Part shown: positions 48,868-59,371 of the stretch, one piece after another
Layout: each line of letters begins with the position of its first letter
Numbering within the stretch: the first letter of the stretch is position 1
Source: a virus
Length of the DNA: 64,000 nucleotides
Strand: one strand, 5' to 3'
Virus record (IMG/VR): IMGVR_UViG_3300000228_000003
Location: 1 to 64,000 of that record
Translations under genes and position numbers: made by a program
Notes under the pieces: generated by a model
What the model was told of the DNA's origin: nothing
The model's input: only the letters and a program-made list of their open reading frames with translations
The model's database searches: none

Positions 48868-50111
48868 TGGACATACTAGAAGCAGTAGAAGAATTGGAGT
48901 ACAACGAGGTAGTAGAAGAAGCAATAGTGTCTATGGAAAGTATTAATAGTAGATTTAACTATGCCATGGAAGATTATATTAGGATACTAGATAAGATTAC
49001 AAAGAATGGTTATACACCTACTAACTATAGCATTATACAATCTACACTTGAGAATTATAAAATAGATACTACGTTTAACGCTATAACACTAGAAGAAGCT
49101 AATTACTATTATAAGAATAGTATCTCTTTAGAGTTTAATATACTAGACTTAATATCTAGATTTATTACATTTATTAAGAATTTAATACACGTAGCTAGCA
49201 CTAATATTAGGTCATTCTTTAGTAAGCTAGGTAATATATTTGTTAATATAAATAAGCGTGTTGAGAACATAAGATATAATATTACACAGATGAACACTGT
49301 TGACAGTTTTAAGTTAGATGGCAAGTATGTGGATAAAGCTAGTAGTGTTAGCGCGGTTATATCACGTAGTACTACTACTATGTACGATATGTCTGGTAAT
49401 AACTTTTCTATTATTATTAAAACATATCTAGATATAATAACAGATGAAAATATATTTACATACATAGCTGACATAGTAAATAAAATGGTACAGGTTTTTA
49501 CTAAAAAGGTAACTAGTCTCACGCCACAGGAAGTAGATGCCGCTAATGATATTTTAAAAGAAGCTATCAATGTGGTTAATACATATGGTAATAAACAAGC
49601 TACACTTATTACTGCTTTTAAAGAAAAACTATCTAAAGAAGAGGGATACATATTAGGTAATGTATTTAAACCTGTTATAGTTAGAGCAGACTCATCTGTT
49701 ATAAAAGCTTTTTTCTTTAAGAAAGAAGACGAGGGTGAGTATCCTAAGCCTGTAGTTGCTAGTATAAACTCTAGTAAGATCGAGAAAGCCAATATGCCAC
49801 TAGCTGTTAGTAAAAAAGAGATGCTATCTACACTAGATGGTATTTTATTATTTAATGCTAAGCATCAAGCTAGTATCAATGCTGGTGATAGAATGTTAGT
49901 TATTTTAGATAAAACTATAAATACATTAACTAATTTAAAAACAACAGCTTTAGATTTAAAAGGTTTAGATAAAGATTTAAGACTACTACAAGGTTCTTGC
50001 AAAGTAGCACTAAATGATGTTATAGTAGACAGAATGATAGGTTTTAAAAATGGTATATTGGATAGTGTAAATTTAGTTAATATGTACTATAGTAGCACAG
50101 CTAAAAATTGA
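48867..50111 (+). CDS. Internal head protein paralog 4
   Basis: VSME, ITLE and ISLE sites, helix ILDLISRFITFIKNLI. Confidence 0.7.
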   Translation: MDILEAVEELEYNEVVEEAIVSMESINSRFNYAMEDYIRILDKITKNGYTPTNYSIIQSTLENYKIDTTFNAITLEEANYYYKNSISLEFNILDLISRFITFIKNLIHVASTNIRSFFSKLGNIFVNINKRVENIRYNITQMNTVDSFKLDGKYVDKASSVSAVISRSTTTMYDMSGNNFSIIIKTYLDIITDENIFTYIADIVNKMVQVFTKKVTSLTPQEVDAANDILKEAINVVNTYGNKQATLITAFKEKLSKEEGYILGNVFKPVIVRADSSVIKAFFFKKEDEGEYPKPVVASINSSKIEKANMPLAVSKKEMLSTLDGILLFNAKHQASINAGDRMLVILDKTINTLTNLKTTALDLKGLDKDLRLLQGSCKVALNDVIVDRMIGFKNGILDSVNLVNMYYSSTAKN

Positions 50112-50151
50112 TTGATTAGCAAAAGCTAAATATTGATAAAAGGAAACAAAT

Positions 50152-51825
50152 ATGGGTTTATTTAGTAAATACAACTACCAGACAACGGAGCAAGACGACA
50201 CCGGATCAACTACTGTAACTGTAGCTGGACAAGATATTCTTAAAGATACAAGTAGTGATATTCATGATTTAGATATTGATATTGAAGGCGATACAACTAA
50301 TTTAAATAATGGATTAGCAGCAGCAAAAGTTATGGATACTACTATTAAAAGTACGCAAATAGCTACTGATAATGGTGCTAATGTAACACAAGAACATATT
50401 AATGCACTAAATAATTGCTTAACACTAACTCTTAATTTAATAGGTGGAAAAGAAGTAGCTGCTAATACATTAATAGCTTGTGAGAGTAAAACATCGTTAA
50501 CAGAAATGTACACTGTTTCACTAGAGGGGTTTACCGATATTGTATCTGGTATTTATGATAGAATTATAAAAATACTAGAGAGTGTTTATTCTAAGATTAA
50601 ACTTATTATACCTAAAGCTATGGGGTATATGCAAAAGATAATAGGCAAAGCAGAAAGTCTTAAGAAAAAAACTAATGCATTAAAGAGTAATAGCACAGTA
50701 AACGCTATAGTAAGTGCTACAAGCCAAGAACTACTTAAGAAACTAGGTCTTTTTATACTATTACATAATAGTAACACAATTCCTGCTAACTCAACTGGAT
50801 TAGGTTCTTTCTTAGTAAGTAAACTTAAAGAATTAAACACCGCTAATGAGTTAACAAATATAAATACTGCTATAAGTGCTATCATCACACAGGTAGCGTC
50901 TGCTAGCGTTGCTGAATTAAAAGCTCTTACGCCACAGAGAATGTATAACACTATTAATGGTAGTATCGTTAAAATAAAAACAGATACTGACATTATAGAA
51001 AAAGCTACTGCGGCTGGTATTTTTAAAGAGTTGGACGATGGTGTTAGCAGTGCTAATCTTATAATATCACGTGTGAATAATACAAATGTGGATGTTATAG
51101 CACTAACACCAAAAACAGTTGGTGCTGCTATGGAAAATATAAATTGGTTCCAAAGTATATTTACCACTGAAAACACTAAAGAAGAACTAGAGAAAAAGAT
51201 TGACGTACTTAAAGAAAGTATTGCTAGTCATAAAGAGGAACTAACTAAAAACCCTAATGATGAAGACGCTAAAAAAAAATTAGCCTCTGATGAAGATAAT
51301 CTTAAATTGACAGAGGAGGCTTTAGCAAAACTAACAGGTACACCAACTCCGGTTGTTGACGAAAATCCACCAGGTAATGTTGAAGACGGAACTTCAGGTG
51401 CGGATATGTACGATGCTAAAAAATACACATTAGCATTCGCGTCTGAAAAAGCATCTGGATATACTATACCAGGACTTGTAAAATCAGATATACTAATAGT
51501 ACTTAATGCAGTAATTGCTAATCAGAATAATCTTTCTAAATATTTTGAAACGGCTAATGAAACTATAAATAATATTATTAAGAAACTAGGTGATATTAAG
51601 AAAATGGCTACTACGGATATAGATGGTAATACTATAGATGGACTAACTGATAAAGTACAGTTTGTTACTAAGTTAGCAGGTCTATTAGGTACTAACTATA
51701 TTTACTCTATTATGATGCAAAAGTTTAACTTTCAATCTTTAGCTGTAGACGTTTGTAGCGCTTCATACGAAGGGTTAGCTAGTGCACCTAAGGAAACTAA
51801 ACCTGCTACACCAGCGAGCGTATAA
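50152..51825 (+). CDS. Internal head protein paralog 5
   Basis: MGLFSK start, VSLE site, C-terminal DID...DKVQFVTK motif. Confidence 0.75.
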   Translation: MGLFSKYNYQTTEQDDTGSTTVTVAGQDILKDTSSDIHDLDIDIEGDTTNLNNGLAAAKVMDTTIKSTQIATDNGANVTQEHINALNNCLTLTLNLIGGKEVAANTLIACESKTSLTEMYTVSLEGFTDIVSGIYDRIIKILESVYSKIKLIIPKAMGYMQKIIGKAESLKKKTNALKSNSTVNAIVSATSQELLKKLGLFILLHNSNTIPANSTGLGSFLVSKLKELNTANELTNINTAISAIITQVASASVAELKALTPQRMYNTINGSIVKIKTDTDIIEKATAAGIFKELDDGVSSANLIISRVNNTNVDVIALTPKTVGAAMENINWFQSIFTTENTKEELEKKIDVLKESIASHKEELTKNPNDEDAKKKLASDEDNLKLTEEALAKLTGTPTPVVDENPPGNVEDGTSGADMYDAKKYTLAFASEKASGYTIPGLVKSDILIVLNAVIANQNNLSKYFETANETINNIIKKLGDIKKMATTDIDGNTIDGLTDKVQFVTKLAGLLGTNYIYSIMMQKFNFQSLAVDVCSASYEGLASAPKETKPATPASV

Positions 51826-51841
51826 ATTAAATAGCTATACA

Positions 51842-51873
51842 TAACTCAAGATGTGATATCACATCTTGAGTTA
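51842..51873. terminator. 32-bp perfect palindrome
   Basis: TAACTCAAGATGTGAT|ATCACATCTTGAGTTA. Confidence 0.75.
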
Positions 51874-51891
51874 ACTTAAAAGGATAAAAAT

Positions 51892-53169
51892 ATGTCACTA
51901 TTCACTGGAGATTGCACCAACGCTGATAATGCTTCGCAAATAGATAACCAAGTTTATATAAAACAAGAAGAACTACAAACATCATTACTACTATCCAACG
52001 AGCACGCTCTAGATGCGATTATTAACAATATAACTGGAGCTAAATGGGAAGTTACTTATTTTGGTCAAGCTAGAGACCTTAATGATACTATAAATAATCC
52101 AGATATTAATGTGACAGCTACACTACAAAAATATAGAAGAATAGATAATTTAATTATTTATGTACAGTCACCGTTGCCTAATGATAAAGTAGAAAATATG
52201 ACTGGCGACGCTATAATTAATGCTGGTTTCGTACCTTATAAAGGTGATATTATATTAGCACAGTTATTAAATGGTAGAGATGTATTATTAACCATAGAGA
52301 CTGTGGAAGTTAAACACTATAATTTACATAATGTTTATAATATTACATATAAATATTTTGCATTTGTAGATACTAATGTAAATATCTATAACGACATAGT
52401 AAATAAGGTAATAGAATATTATGTTTATGATAAAGACTTTATAGTAACACAGTCGTCTCCTATAGTGTTAAAAAAACAGTTTTATATTAGGTTAGAACTC
52501 AATGCTGAAATAGAAAAATTAGTAGACTACTATATGACTACTTTTAAAGATGCTAAAAGTAAATTAATAGCATTACCAACTGATGATAGAAATATTTATG
52601 TAGATACATATTTACAAAACTTTGTAATAGAGGTATTATCTTCTTCTAACCGTACAGATTTTTTAGATATAGCAATAATACCGCATACACATATTAAAAT
52701 ATACACTATTTGGGATAGTCTATTAAAAAGAGATTTAAATATACTCAAGATAGCAAAAAGGAATCTACAGTTTTTACCATATAAACAAGATAATAACATA
52801 TATACTACTATGCTTACATATTTAAAAGTATCACATATAGTAAGCCATACGTTATTACCTTATGACGCTATTTTATCACCATTATATAAAACTAATGAGT
52901 TATATAGTGATGACATAGTTACTACGCCTATTATGGAAAGAGATGCTTATGTGTTTTCTAATAATTTTTATAATAACCAAGGTGCGTCGCTAGGTATATT
53001 AGAATTAGCTACTTTTAATTATATTAATAAAAAAGAAGTTAATATTCTGTTAATAGAAATTATGTTAAAAGAGTATATGTACTGGGACACATATGACCAG
53101 TACTATGGTGTGCCTATTTTAATATTCTTAATAAAGAATAGTGTACTTAATACATTTTCACCACTATAA
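51892..53169 (+). CDS. Virion structural protein (phiKZ gp101-like)
   Basis: I.G..W.V.YF.Q and P..GD...A.L.NGR motifs. Confidence 0.6.
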   Translation: MSLFTGDCTNADNASQIDNQVYIKQEELQTSLLLSNEHALDAIINNITGAKWEVTYFGQARDLNDTINNPDINVTATLQKYRRIDNLIIYVQSPLPNDKVENMTGDAIINAGFVPYKGDIILAQLLNGRDVLLTIETVEVKHYNLHNVYNITYKYFAFVDTNVNIYNDIVNKVIEYYVYDKDFIVTQSSPIVLKKQFYIRLELNAEIEKLVDYYMTTFKDAKSKLIALPTDDRNIYVDTYLQNFVIEVLSSSNRTDFLDIAIIPHTHIKIYTIWDSLLKRDLNILKIAKRNLQFLPYKQDNNIYTTMLTYLKVSHIVSHTLLPYDAILSPLYKTNELYSDDIVTTPIMERDAYVFSNNFYNNQGASLGILELATFNYINKKEVNILLIEIMLKEYMYWDTYDQYYGVPILIFLIKNSVLNTFSPL

Positions 53170-53177
53170 GGTTTAAT

Positions 53178-53693
53178 ATGTTGTCAAGATTAAAAAAGAG
53201 ATATAAAGTTATAGTACCTACTATAGCGACTATATCAGAACAAGAACTGTTCGACGCAGGTTTACCTATGGGGCAAGATAATGGCATAACAACTGACCTG
53301 GATATTAAAGAACTAGATGCGTTCGTAACTACAGTTACGGCGTACTTTACAGTGGATAAGATAATAAATACATATATAGCAGGTTTTAACATATCATTAG
53401 CTGCTTTTTCAGATGTTAAAAGTTTATATAACGAATTATTAAATTATTATATTGAAACTAACCAGGAGGTAGCTAGAAGTATCAACACACCAATTAACGT
53501 AGAGAACAGAATGTCTGACATATTAGAGCTGTTAACTAGTTTAAAAGATAAAGCAGATAACTACATACCGCCTAGAACGTTAGCTAAAGACATTTTAGTT
53601 AGTGATAGACATGGTCTTTTAAAAGCATCTAGTATGCCTAAGGATAGTAATGGTGATTTAACTAGTATTGCTAATAGATATAAATACTGGTAA
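53178..53693 (+). CDS. Conserved hypothetical protein
   Basis: 171 aa following the gp101-like gene. Confidence 0.65.
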   Translation: MLSRLKKRYKVIVPTIATISEQELFDAGLPMGQDNGITTDLDIKELDAFVTTVTAYFTVDKIINTYIAGFNISLAAFSDVKSLYNELLNYYIETNQEVARSINTPINVENRMSDILELLTSLKDKADNYIPPRTLAKDILVSDRHGLLKASSMPKDSNGDLTSIANRYKYW

Positions 53694-53750
53694 AAATTAA
53701 ATGAATAGCGTTTTTGCTATATAAACTATATAAGGAGAGTTAATAAGCTA

Positions 53751-55163
53751 ATGGGTTTTTTTAGTAAAAATTATGCGTACGAAGACGAAGCTAATGCAGC
53801 AAGCGGACCAGTTGCAACAACTATGTCGGATGATGAAGTATCACAGCATGTGGATACTGTAAACGATATTAATGCTGATGAAGCTAAAATAAATAGCGCT
53901 ATCAGTGATGTTGCTATGCAAGAAAAAGCACTTGATACCAACATACCAGTGGTACAAGAGTTTAATAAAAAAATAGAGACTGAGCCAGCTACTGTGACAT
54001 CAGCAACAGTTGAAGCTATAGCTCTTTCATTAGAGAACTTGTGTTTAATTCTAGGTACAGCACCTAGGGCACTAGGTGTTCATATTACATCAGAAAATGT
54101 AGGTGCCACGCCTATGTTCAGAGCAATAGAAGCAGTTGAGGGACTTAAAGAAATAATCTCTAGAATCATAACAGCTACATATAATATTATTAAGGATGTT
54201 ATGGACTGGATAGTTAGAATGTATGCTAAAATAACTAATACATTTCAGTATTACTTTAATGCTTGTGATGCGTTAAAAAATAAACTTAATAGTATAAATT
54301 CTAAAAACGATGATAAAGTATCTATACCTAGTGAGGAACAGCGAAATATTATTAATAAAATTGGTAACTTTATGGTATTAAATAATATCGATGCTTTTAG
54401 TAATACTAATGTAAGCACACTTGTGGATAGACTGAACGGTTTAAAGACAACAGCAGAACTTGATGCTATGGCTACTGGTTTTACGAGTTTAACAAAGTAT
54501 ATCTCTAGTGCTACTAAAGAGACATTAATAAGTGAAAATAATCAAGAGTTATTTACTAAAATAACAAACGCGACTAGTGGTATAAATAAATACGCTACTG
54601 GTAGAGTAGTGGATGTTTTATCCTTGTTATCTAGTAATTACGAAGATGGTGATGACAAAGAATTACAAAAAAGTATAGTTGTTATAACCGCGTTTAATGG
54701 TTTTAAACTACAATTAGTTACTGTTGCACCTAATGCTAAACACATAACTGAAGAAGGTGTATTTACACCAGAAATTATGACACTTAAAATGAAAGAAAGT
54801 GTAGCACATAAACTAAAAGTAGAAATACTATCAAGAGATAGTATTAAAACACTATTAACTACTTCAAAAGGAGTAATAGAGGCTAAAAGTAAATATATAA
54901 AAGATTTTAACGATGTTGTTACAAAAGTTAGTGGTGCGGTTACTAATCTTAGAAAAATAGATACTTTGGATATAGACGATACTGATATATCAGAAGCAGT
55001 AGAAAAAGTAAGGTATGTAACTAAAATAGCGAGCATAGCAGCTAGTAGTATAGTAGCTAAAGCACTATTGGGTAGAGTACGTTTTATAGACAACGTTATA
55101 AATCTGTGTAGAATACAAATAAGAATGTATGACGAAGCAGGCAAACTTAAAAAACAAAAATAA
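53751..55163 (+). CDS. Internal head protein paralog 6
   Basis: MGFFSK start, AYE/LSLE/AVE sites, C-terminal DID...EKVRYVTK. Confidence 0.75.
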   Translation: MGFFSKNYAYEDEANAASGPVATTMSDDEVSQHVDTVNDINADEAKINSAISDVAMQEKALDTNIPVVQEFNKKIETEPATVTSATVEAIALSLENLCLILGTAPRALGVHITSENVGATPMFRAIEAVEGLKEIISRIITATYNIIKDVMDWIVRMYAKITNTFQYYFNACDALKNKLNSINSKNDDKVSIPSEEQRNIINKIGNFMVLNNIDAFSNTNVSTLVDRLNGLKTTAELDAMATGFTSLTKYISSATKETLISENNQELFTKITNATSGINKYATGRVVDVLSLLSSNYEDGDDKELQKSIVVITAFNGFKLQLVTVAPNAKHITEEGVFTPEIMTLKMKESVAHKLKVEILSRDSIKTLLTTSKGVIEAKSKYIKDFNDVVTKVSGAVTNLRKIDTLDIDDTDISEAVEKVRYVTKIASIAASSIVAKALLGRVRFIDNVINLCRIQIRMYDEAGKLKKQK

Positions 55164-55176
55164 AAAGGAAATAACA

Positions 55177-56556
55177 ATGGGATTATTTAATAAAGTTAGA
55201 GCATATGAAGACGAAGCAGCAGAAATTAACATTAACATTGAACCAGGTACTGGTGATTCAGATGTACTAGAAGAGACAAAAACGGATACACTTATAAACG
55301 ATGTAGTAGATACTGTAGAAGAATTAGAAGCAGATGGTGTGGACGTATCTAATGCAGCTGACGCAATGGATCAACTAGAAGATAAAAATGAGCAAATAAC
55401 TGAAATATTAGCAGACGACCCTAGCGTGGTAACAGACGCTGTTGCTAATATGGCTATCGAATCTGTAGCTATGATACTTACTAGACTTGATGCTGGTAAA
55501 ACGCCTGAGGCTATCACAAGAAATACAGGACTAGCTATTAGCCAAGAGTCTTATCAATCAGCATATGATAGACTAGTTATAACTAATGAATCTATCAGTG
55601 GCACTATTAGAAATATTATACAAAAGATAAAAGTTATATTCGAAAAGATTAAATCTTACATTTCTAAACTTATATCTAAAGTTAAAATAGGTTTTGTAAG
55701 ACTAACTGGTAGACTAGACAGACTTAAATCAAGATTATCTAAAGCTAAAGATACTTCATCAGCAGCAATAGCTTCATCAGACGCTAGAAGAATAGCCAAA
55801 AAACTATTATTTACTATGATGGCAAATGAAGAAGCGCGTACTGTGTCAACAATAGTAGAGGGTGATATAGACGCATTAATAACTACATTTAAGGGTTTTA
55901 AAACAGATAATACACTTAAAACAGTATCAGACGCACTAATCGCCGTTACTGGTACTATGACTAGTAAGAGCATAGCAGAATTAAAAGCTGACGTATTTGC
56001 AAATAAGGTTGTTGTGACTCCGGCTCTCCAGGAGAAGATTGTTGCTAAGATTGACGACTTTGATGCTAGCTTAGGCGATATAGCGTGCGCAGTAGCAAAC
56101 GGTCTTAGATTTGTAGTAGTTCATGCTGGTAGTATTGCCGATGATGGTACTGTGTCGGAAATGCCTGTTGCGGTAAGTTACAAATCCACAGAAGATGTGT
56201 TTAATGCTATTAGTGTTAGTTGTCCAGGAAATAAGGCAAAACTAGCAGCAATGATATCTGGTATGCAGACTGCTACTAAAAATTTTGATAAATATATTAA
56301 GGACATAGAAGAGAAGGTAGTTACACCGATGCTAAATAGTCTAAATAAACTAAGTAAGATTAATGTTGACGATATAGACGGTAAACAAGAATCGGACGCT
56401 CTAGAAAAAATAAGATATGTAACTAAGTTTATTAATCTCGTTGGAACAACTCTTTCAACCGCTGCTATTTCTGGTAGAACAACAGCAATACTTGGTGTAA
56501 TAGATTATATAGGCACTTGCGTATCTGCATTCGAAGATAATGGTAAGAAAAAATAA
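55177..56556 (+). CDS. Internal head protein paralog 7
   Basis: Start moved to ATG 55177 (MGLFNK) after AAGGA; AYE/AIE/SQE sites; DID...EKIRYVTK. Confidence 0.75.
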   Translation: MGLFNKVRAYEDEAAEININIEPGTGDSDVLEETKTDTLINDVVDTVEELEADGVDVSNAADAMDQLEDKNEQITEILADDPSVVTDAVANMAIESVAMILTRLDAGKTPEAITRNTGLAISQESYQSAYDRLVITNESISGTIRNIIQKIKVIFEKIKSYISKLISKVKIGFVRLTGRLDRLKSRLSKAKDTSSAAIASSDARRIAKKLLFTMMANEEARTVSTIVEGDIDALITTFKGFKTDNTLKTVSDALIAVTGTMTSKSIAELKADVFANKVVVTPALQEKIVAKIDDFDASLGDIACAVANGLRFVVVHAGSIADDGTVSEMPVAVSYKSTEDVFNAISVSCPGNKAKLAAMISGMQTATKNFDKYIKDIEEKVVTPMLNSLNKLSKINVDDIDGKQESDALEKIRYVTKFINLVGTTLSTAAISGRTTAILGVIDYIGTCVSAFEDNGKKK

Positions 56557-56561
56557 TACGT

Positions 56562-56593
56562 AACTATAGGATAGCATATGCTATCCTATAGTT
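56562..56593. terminator. 32-bp perfect palindrome; 13 nt of it are repeated over the next gene's RBS and start
   Basis: AACTATAGGATAGCAT|ATGCTATCCTATAGTT; AGGATAGCATATG at 56568 and 56606. Confidence 0.8.
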
Positions 56594-56615
56594 GATTTAA
56601 ATTAAAGGATAGCAT

Positions 56616-56993
56616 ATGGGAAATGAAAAAATAATAATACAAACTATAATGTTTATTTTAACTTTTACTATAATAGCAATAACGATATTAACTGGTTTTG
56701 CTATGTACAGGGATACGGTAGATATTAAAGTAGTATATGACCATTTTAGAGATATAATAATGGCTATTATTACATTACTAACCGGAGTGATTACAGGTAA
56801 ATTCGCATTGACTACACCTGGTAGTAAAATAAACGACGTAGGTCCATTACCGCCACCAGATTTAGTATTACCACCTGAAACATTTAATGGTGAAGTAAAC
56901 AACCAGTCTACTAACACGGAAGATAGTGTAATTAACATACAACATGCAACTATAAATGTGTATGACGCAGTAGATATATCTAAAAAAAGCTAA
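56616..56993 (+). CDS. Small two-TM membrane protein, holin candidate
   Basis: Two hydrophobic helices (about aa 6-30 and 47-64) and a hydrophilic tail. Confidence 0.45.
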   Translation: MGNEKIIIQTIMFILTFTIIAITILTGFAMYRDTVDIKVVYDHFRDIIMAIITLLTGVITGKFALTTPGSKINDVGPLPPPDLVLPPETFNGEVNNQSTNTEDSVINIQHATINVYDAVDISKKS

Positions 56994-57057
56994 GCCTATA
57001 TTACTATAATAGAACATCTTTATGATGTTACTAAACTTTAATATATAAGGGTATATT

Positions 57058-57747
57058 ATGCGCACATTTACGCTAACACCTGTCGCGGTACTTACATTAG
57101 ACTTGTACAACTACTTAGTAGATAGCGATAATGAAAGTTTTATTATGCAGTCATATTGTGTACTTTTTAAGACAGCTGGTGTGGAACATAAATTCTATTA
57201 TACAAATTTAGAACTGTATCAACTACGCGGCTTATTTAGCCTTTACGATGTGAAGGATTACACCTCGAACATAGATACACTAATCAATATCTATCATACT
57301 GAGGAAAAAAGAATACCAGAGTTCTTCTACACTGTTGATAAAGATATTAATTTATGGAAATACGCATTTGACTTACTAGTATACAGCGCATTTAGAAGGT
57401 ATGTGTATAAAAAACTAGAATCCAGTATAAAAAATAATACTATAGAGGATTTTAAAAAGACTCTAATCAGTAATTCTTTCATATTGCCATACAGTGACAT
57501 ATTACAGTATGACCAATATATGTGTTCTTTTGATAACACACTTAAGACATCCTTAACTTATAGCGATTGTTCCACAATAGCATATTGGTTACTAGAAAGT
57601 AAAGAAGTAAGAATTAAGTATATGAAAAAACCAAAAGTATTACCGCATGGAACATCAGTAGATGGTAACAATATAGTTAATGTTAATGGTGATGGTATAT
57701 TTACTAATCACTACTTAATAAAAAATAACTATATAATATACACATAA
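57058..57747 (+). CDS. Hypothetical protein
   Basis: 229 aa downstream of the TATATTAC promoter motif at 56997. Confidence 0.7.
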   Translation: MRTFTLTPVAVLTLDLYNYLVDSDNESFIMQSYCVLFKTAGVEHKFYYTNLELYQLRGLFSLYDVKDYTSNIDTLINIYHTEEKRIPEFFYTVDKDINLWKYAFDLLVYSAFRRYVYKKLESSIKNNTIEDFKKTLISNSFILPYSDILQYDQYMCSFDNTLKTSLTYSDCSTIAYWLLESKEVRIKYMKKPKVLPHGTSVDGNNIVNVNGDGIFTNHYLIKNNYIIYT

Positions 57748-57749
57748 CC

Positions 57750-57783
57750 AGTATAACAAGAGGAATGTTCCTCTTGTTATACT
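57750..57783. terminator. Near-perfect palindrome, bidirectional terminator
   Basis: AGTATAACAAGAGGAA-TG-TTCCTCTTGTTATACT between convergent genes. Confidence 0.78.
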
Positions 57784-59296
57784 AAAATATAAAATCATCT
57801 ACTGTATCTTTTTTATTTTCATTAGAGTTCGTTTTATTAATATCTTCTAAAATAACAGGTATGCCTTTTTCAAAATCTAATGTAAAGAATTTATCTTCTT
57901 CGTCTATTACAGTAGGTAGCTTATGTTTACCTCTACGTACAGTTAACACCCATTTGCCATTTTTAATAGCACGGTGTAAGTATATATCTAAATCTATAAC
58001 TTGGTCTAGTTGTTTACTATAAGCAGTATAACCTTTTTCAGCTACTTCATTTACAAAGTGTAACCCAGACACACCGTTCTTAATAAGTTGTTTAGCAGCA
58101 GTATCTAGTTGATGTGGTGTTAAGAAGGTTATATCTAATCCAGCACAAAAGTTTCTAACTATCTGAAACATCTTCCTATGTGGAGAGTCACCAGGTGCGT
58201 CTATGGAAATACCAGTGACCGGTAATTCTGAAAAATAATCTACGAATAACCCTTCAACATTAAAACCATTAGCATTGTACTTTAATACTAAGTTAGTTAA
58301 ATCTTTATAAGTCCAAAGAGATGGATTTACTCTTAACATTTTTATACTGAAACCATTTTTTTGTAATGAGTTTTTTATGTATTTAGATATATCAGCATCT
58401 TTAGTAGTAGTTATATCTGGCATTACTTTAAACTCATTATAGTAAAGGTATGTATAAGCAAACACTAGAAATGAAGCTGGGTTGTCCTCAAAACTTATAA
58501 ATAGTAATAAAGGTTTCTTACCATCTTCACGTGCATTAGGCGTATTGTATCTAGGTATCTGTAAAAATAAACTTAATAGAAAACTAGACTTATAATTATG
58601 CTGTAATGCATTTATCATACAGAAACCAGGGCGTAATCCGCCTTGGAGGGCTTTATTAAGCGCATCCCAGCCAGTTCGCCATATTTTTTCACCTACAGCT
58701 ATAGCTTTAGCTTTAGTAACTATATTAGACGTAGTTATTTCATTATCAATATCTAGCTCAGTCATAATAGCTGGGTCGTAGTTGTCTTTAGTTACTAGAC
58801 TAGTTAATTGGTTTTCTATTTCCATAATATATTGCTTAGCATAATCTTTTAATGTTAATTTACCTAAATCACCATTTAACAACTTAGCCGCACCACTTAG
58901 TATTAAGTTTCTTAATTTAAAATCTCTATAATAATACACGATAGCTTGTCTAAGACCTAGTATATAATTAATATATTTATCTTTATCGTTAATATAACCT
59001 AGCGAAGAATCTAACATTTTTATTAATGATTTTTTATCATATAGAAGTGCACTAAGTTTAGTTATTAGATATTCCTCTGTATATAACTCTGGTGTTTCTG
59101 TTATTTCTGTAATGATATCTTTAAGCTGGTGTAATAACTCAGTATCTCCGCCCATAACGTTGTCTTTAAATTCTTTTATTAAACCAAAAAAAGAATTTAC
59201 AAGTTCTAAAGAACTACTGTCGTCAGGTACTTTAATCTTATTCTCTGCATATATTAATAATATACATTTTAACATGAGTTCTAGTTTTTTATACAC
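57782..59296 (-). CDS. DnaB-like replicative helicase (phiKZ gp118-like)
   Basis: RTGWDALNKALQGGLRPG, ALQHNYKS (Walker A variant), ISFED, VDY, HQL. Confidence 0.88.
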   Translation of the reverse strand: MYKKLELMLKCILLIYAENKIKVPDDSSSLELVNSFFGLIKEFKDNVMGGDTELLHQLKDIITEITETPELYTEEYLITKLSALLYDKKSLIKMLDSSLGYINDKDKYINYILGLRQAIVYYYRDFKLRNLILSGAAKLLNGDLGKLTLKDYAKQYIMEIENQLTSLVTKDNYDPAIMTELDIDNEITTSNIVTKAKAIAVGEKIWRTGWDALNKALQGGLRPGFCMINALQHNYKSSFLLSLFLQIPRYNTPNAREDGKKPLLLFISFEDNPASFLVFAYTYLYYNEFKVMPDITTTKDADISKYIKNSLQKNGFSIKMLRVNPSLWTYKDLTNLVLKYNANGFNVEGLFVDYFSELPVTGISIDAPGDSPHRKMFQIVRNFCAGLDITFLTPHQLDTAAKQLIKNGVSGLHFVNEVAEKGYTAYSKQLDQVIDLDIYLHRAIKNGKWVLTVRRGKHKLPTVIDEEDKFFTLDFEKGIPVILEDINKTNSNENKKDTVDDFIF

Positions 59297-59371
59297 GCTA
59301 TGCCTTTTAATTATTATTTCAAGTATACGATACTTATGATATTTTATTGAAATCCTACACCAAGGGGGCGT

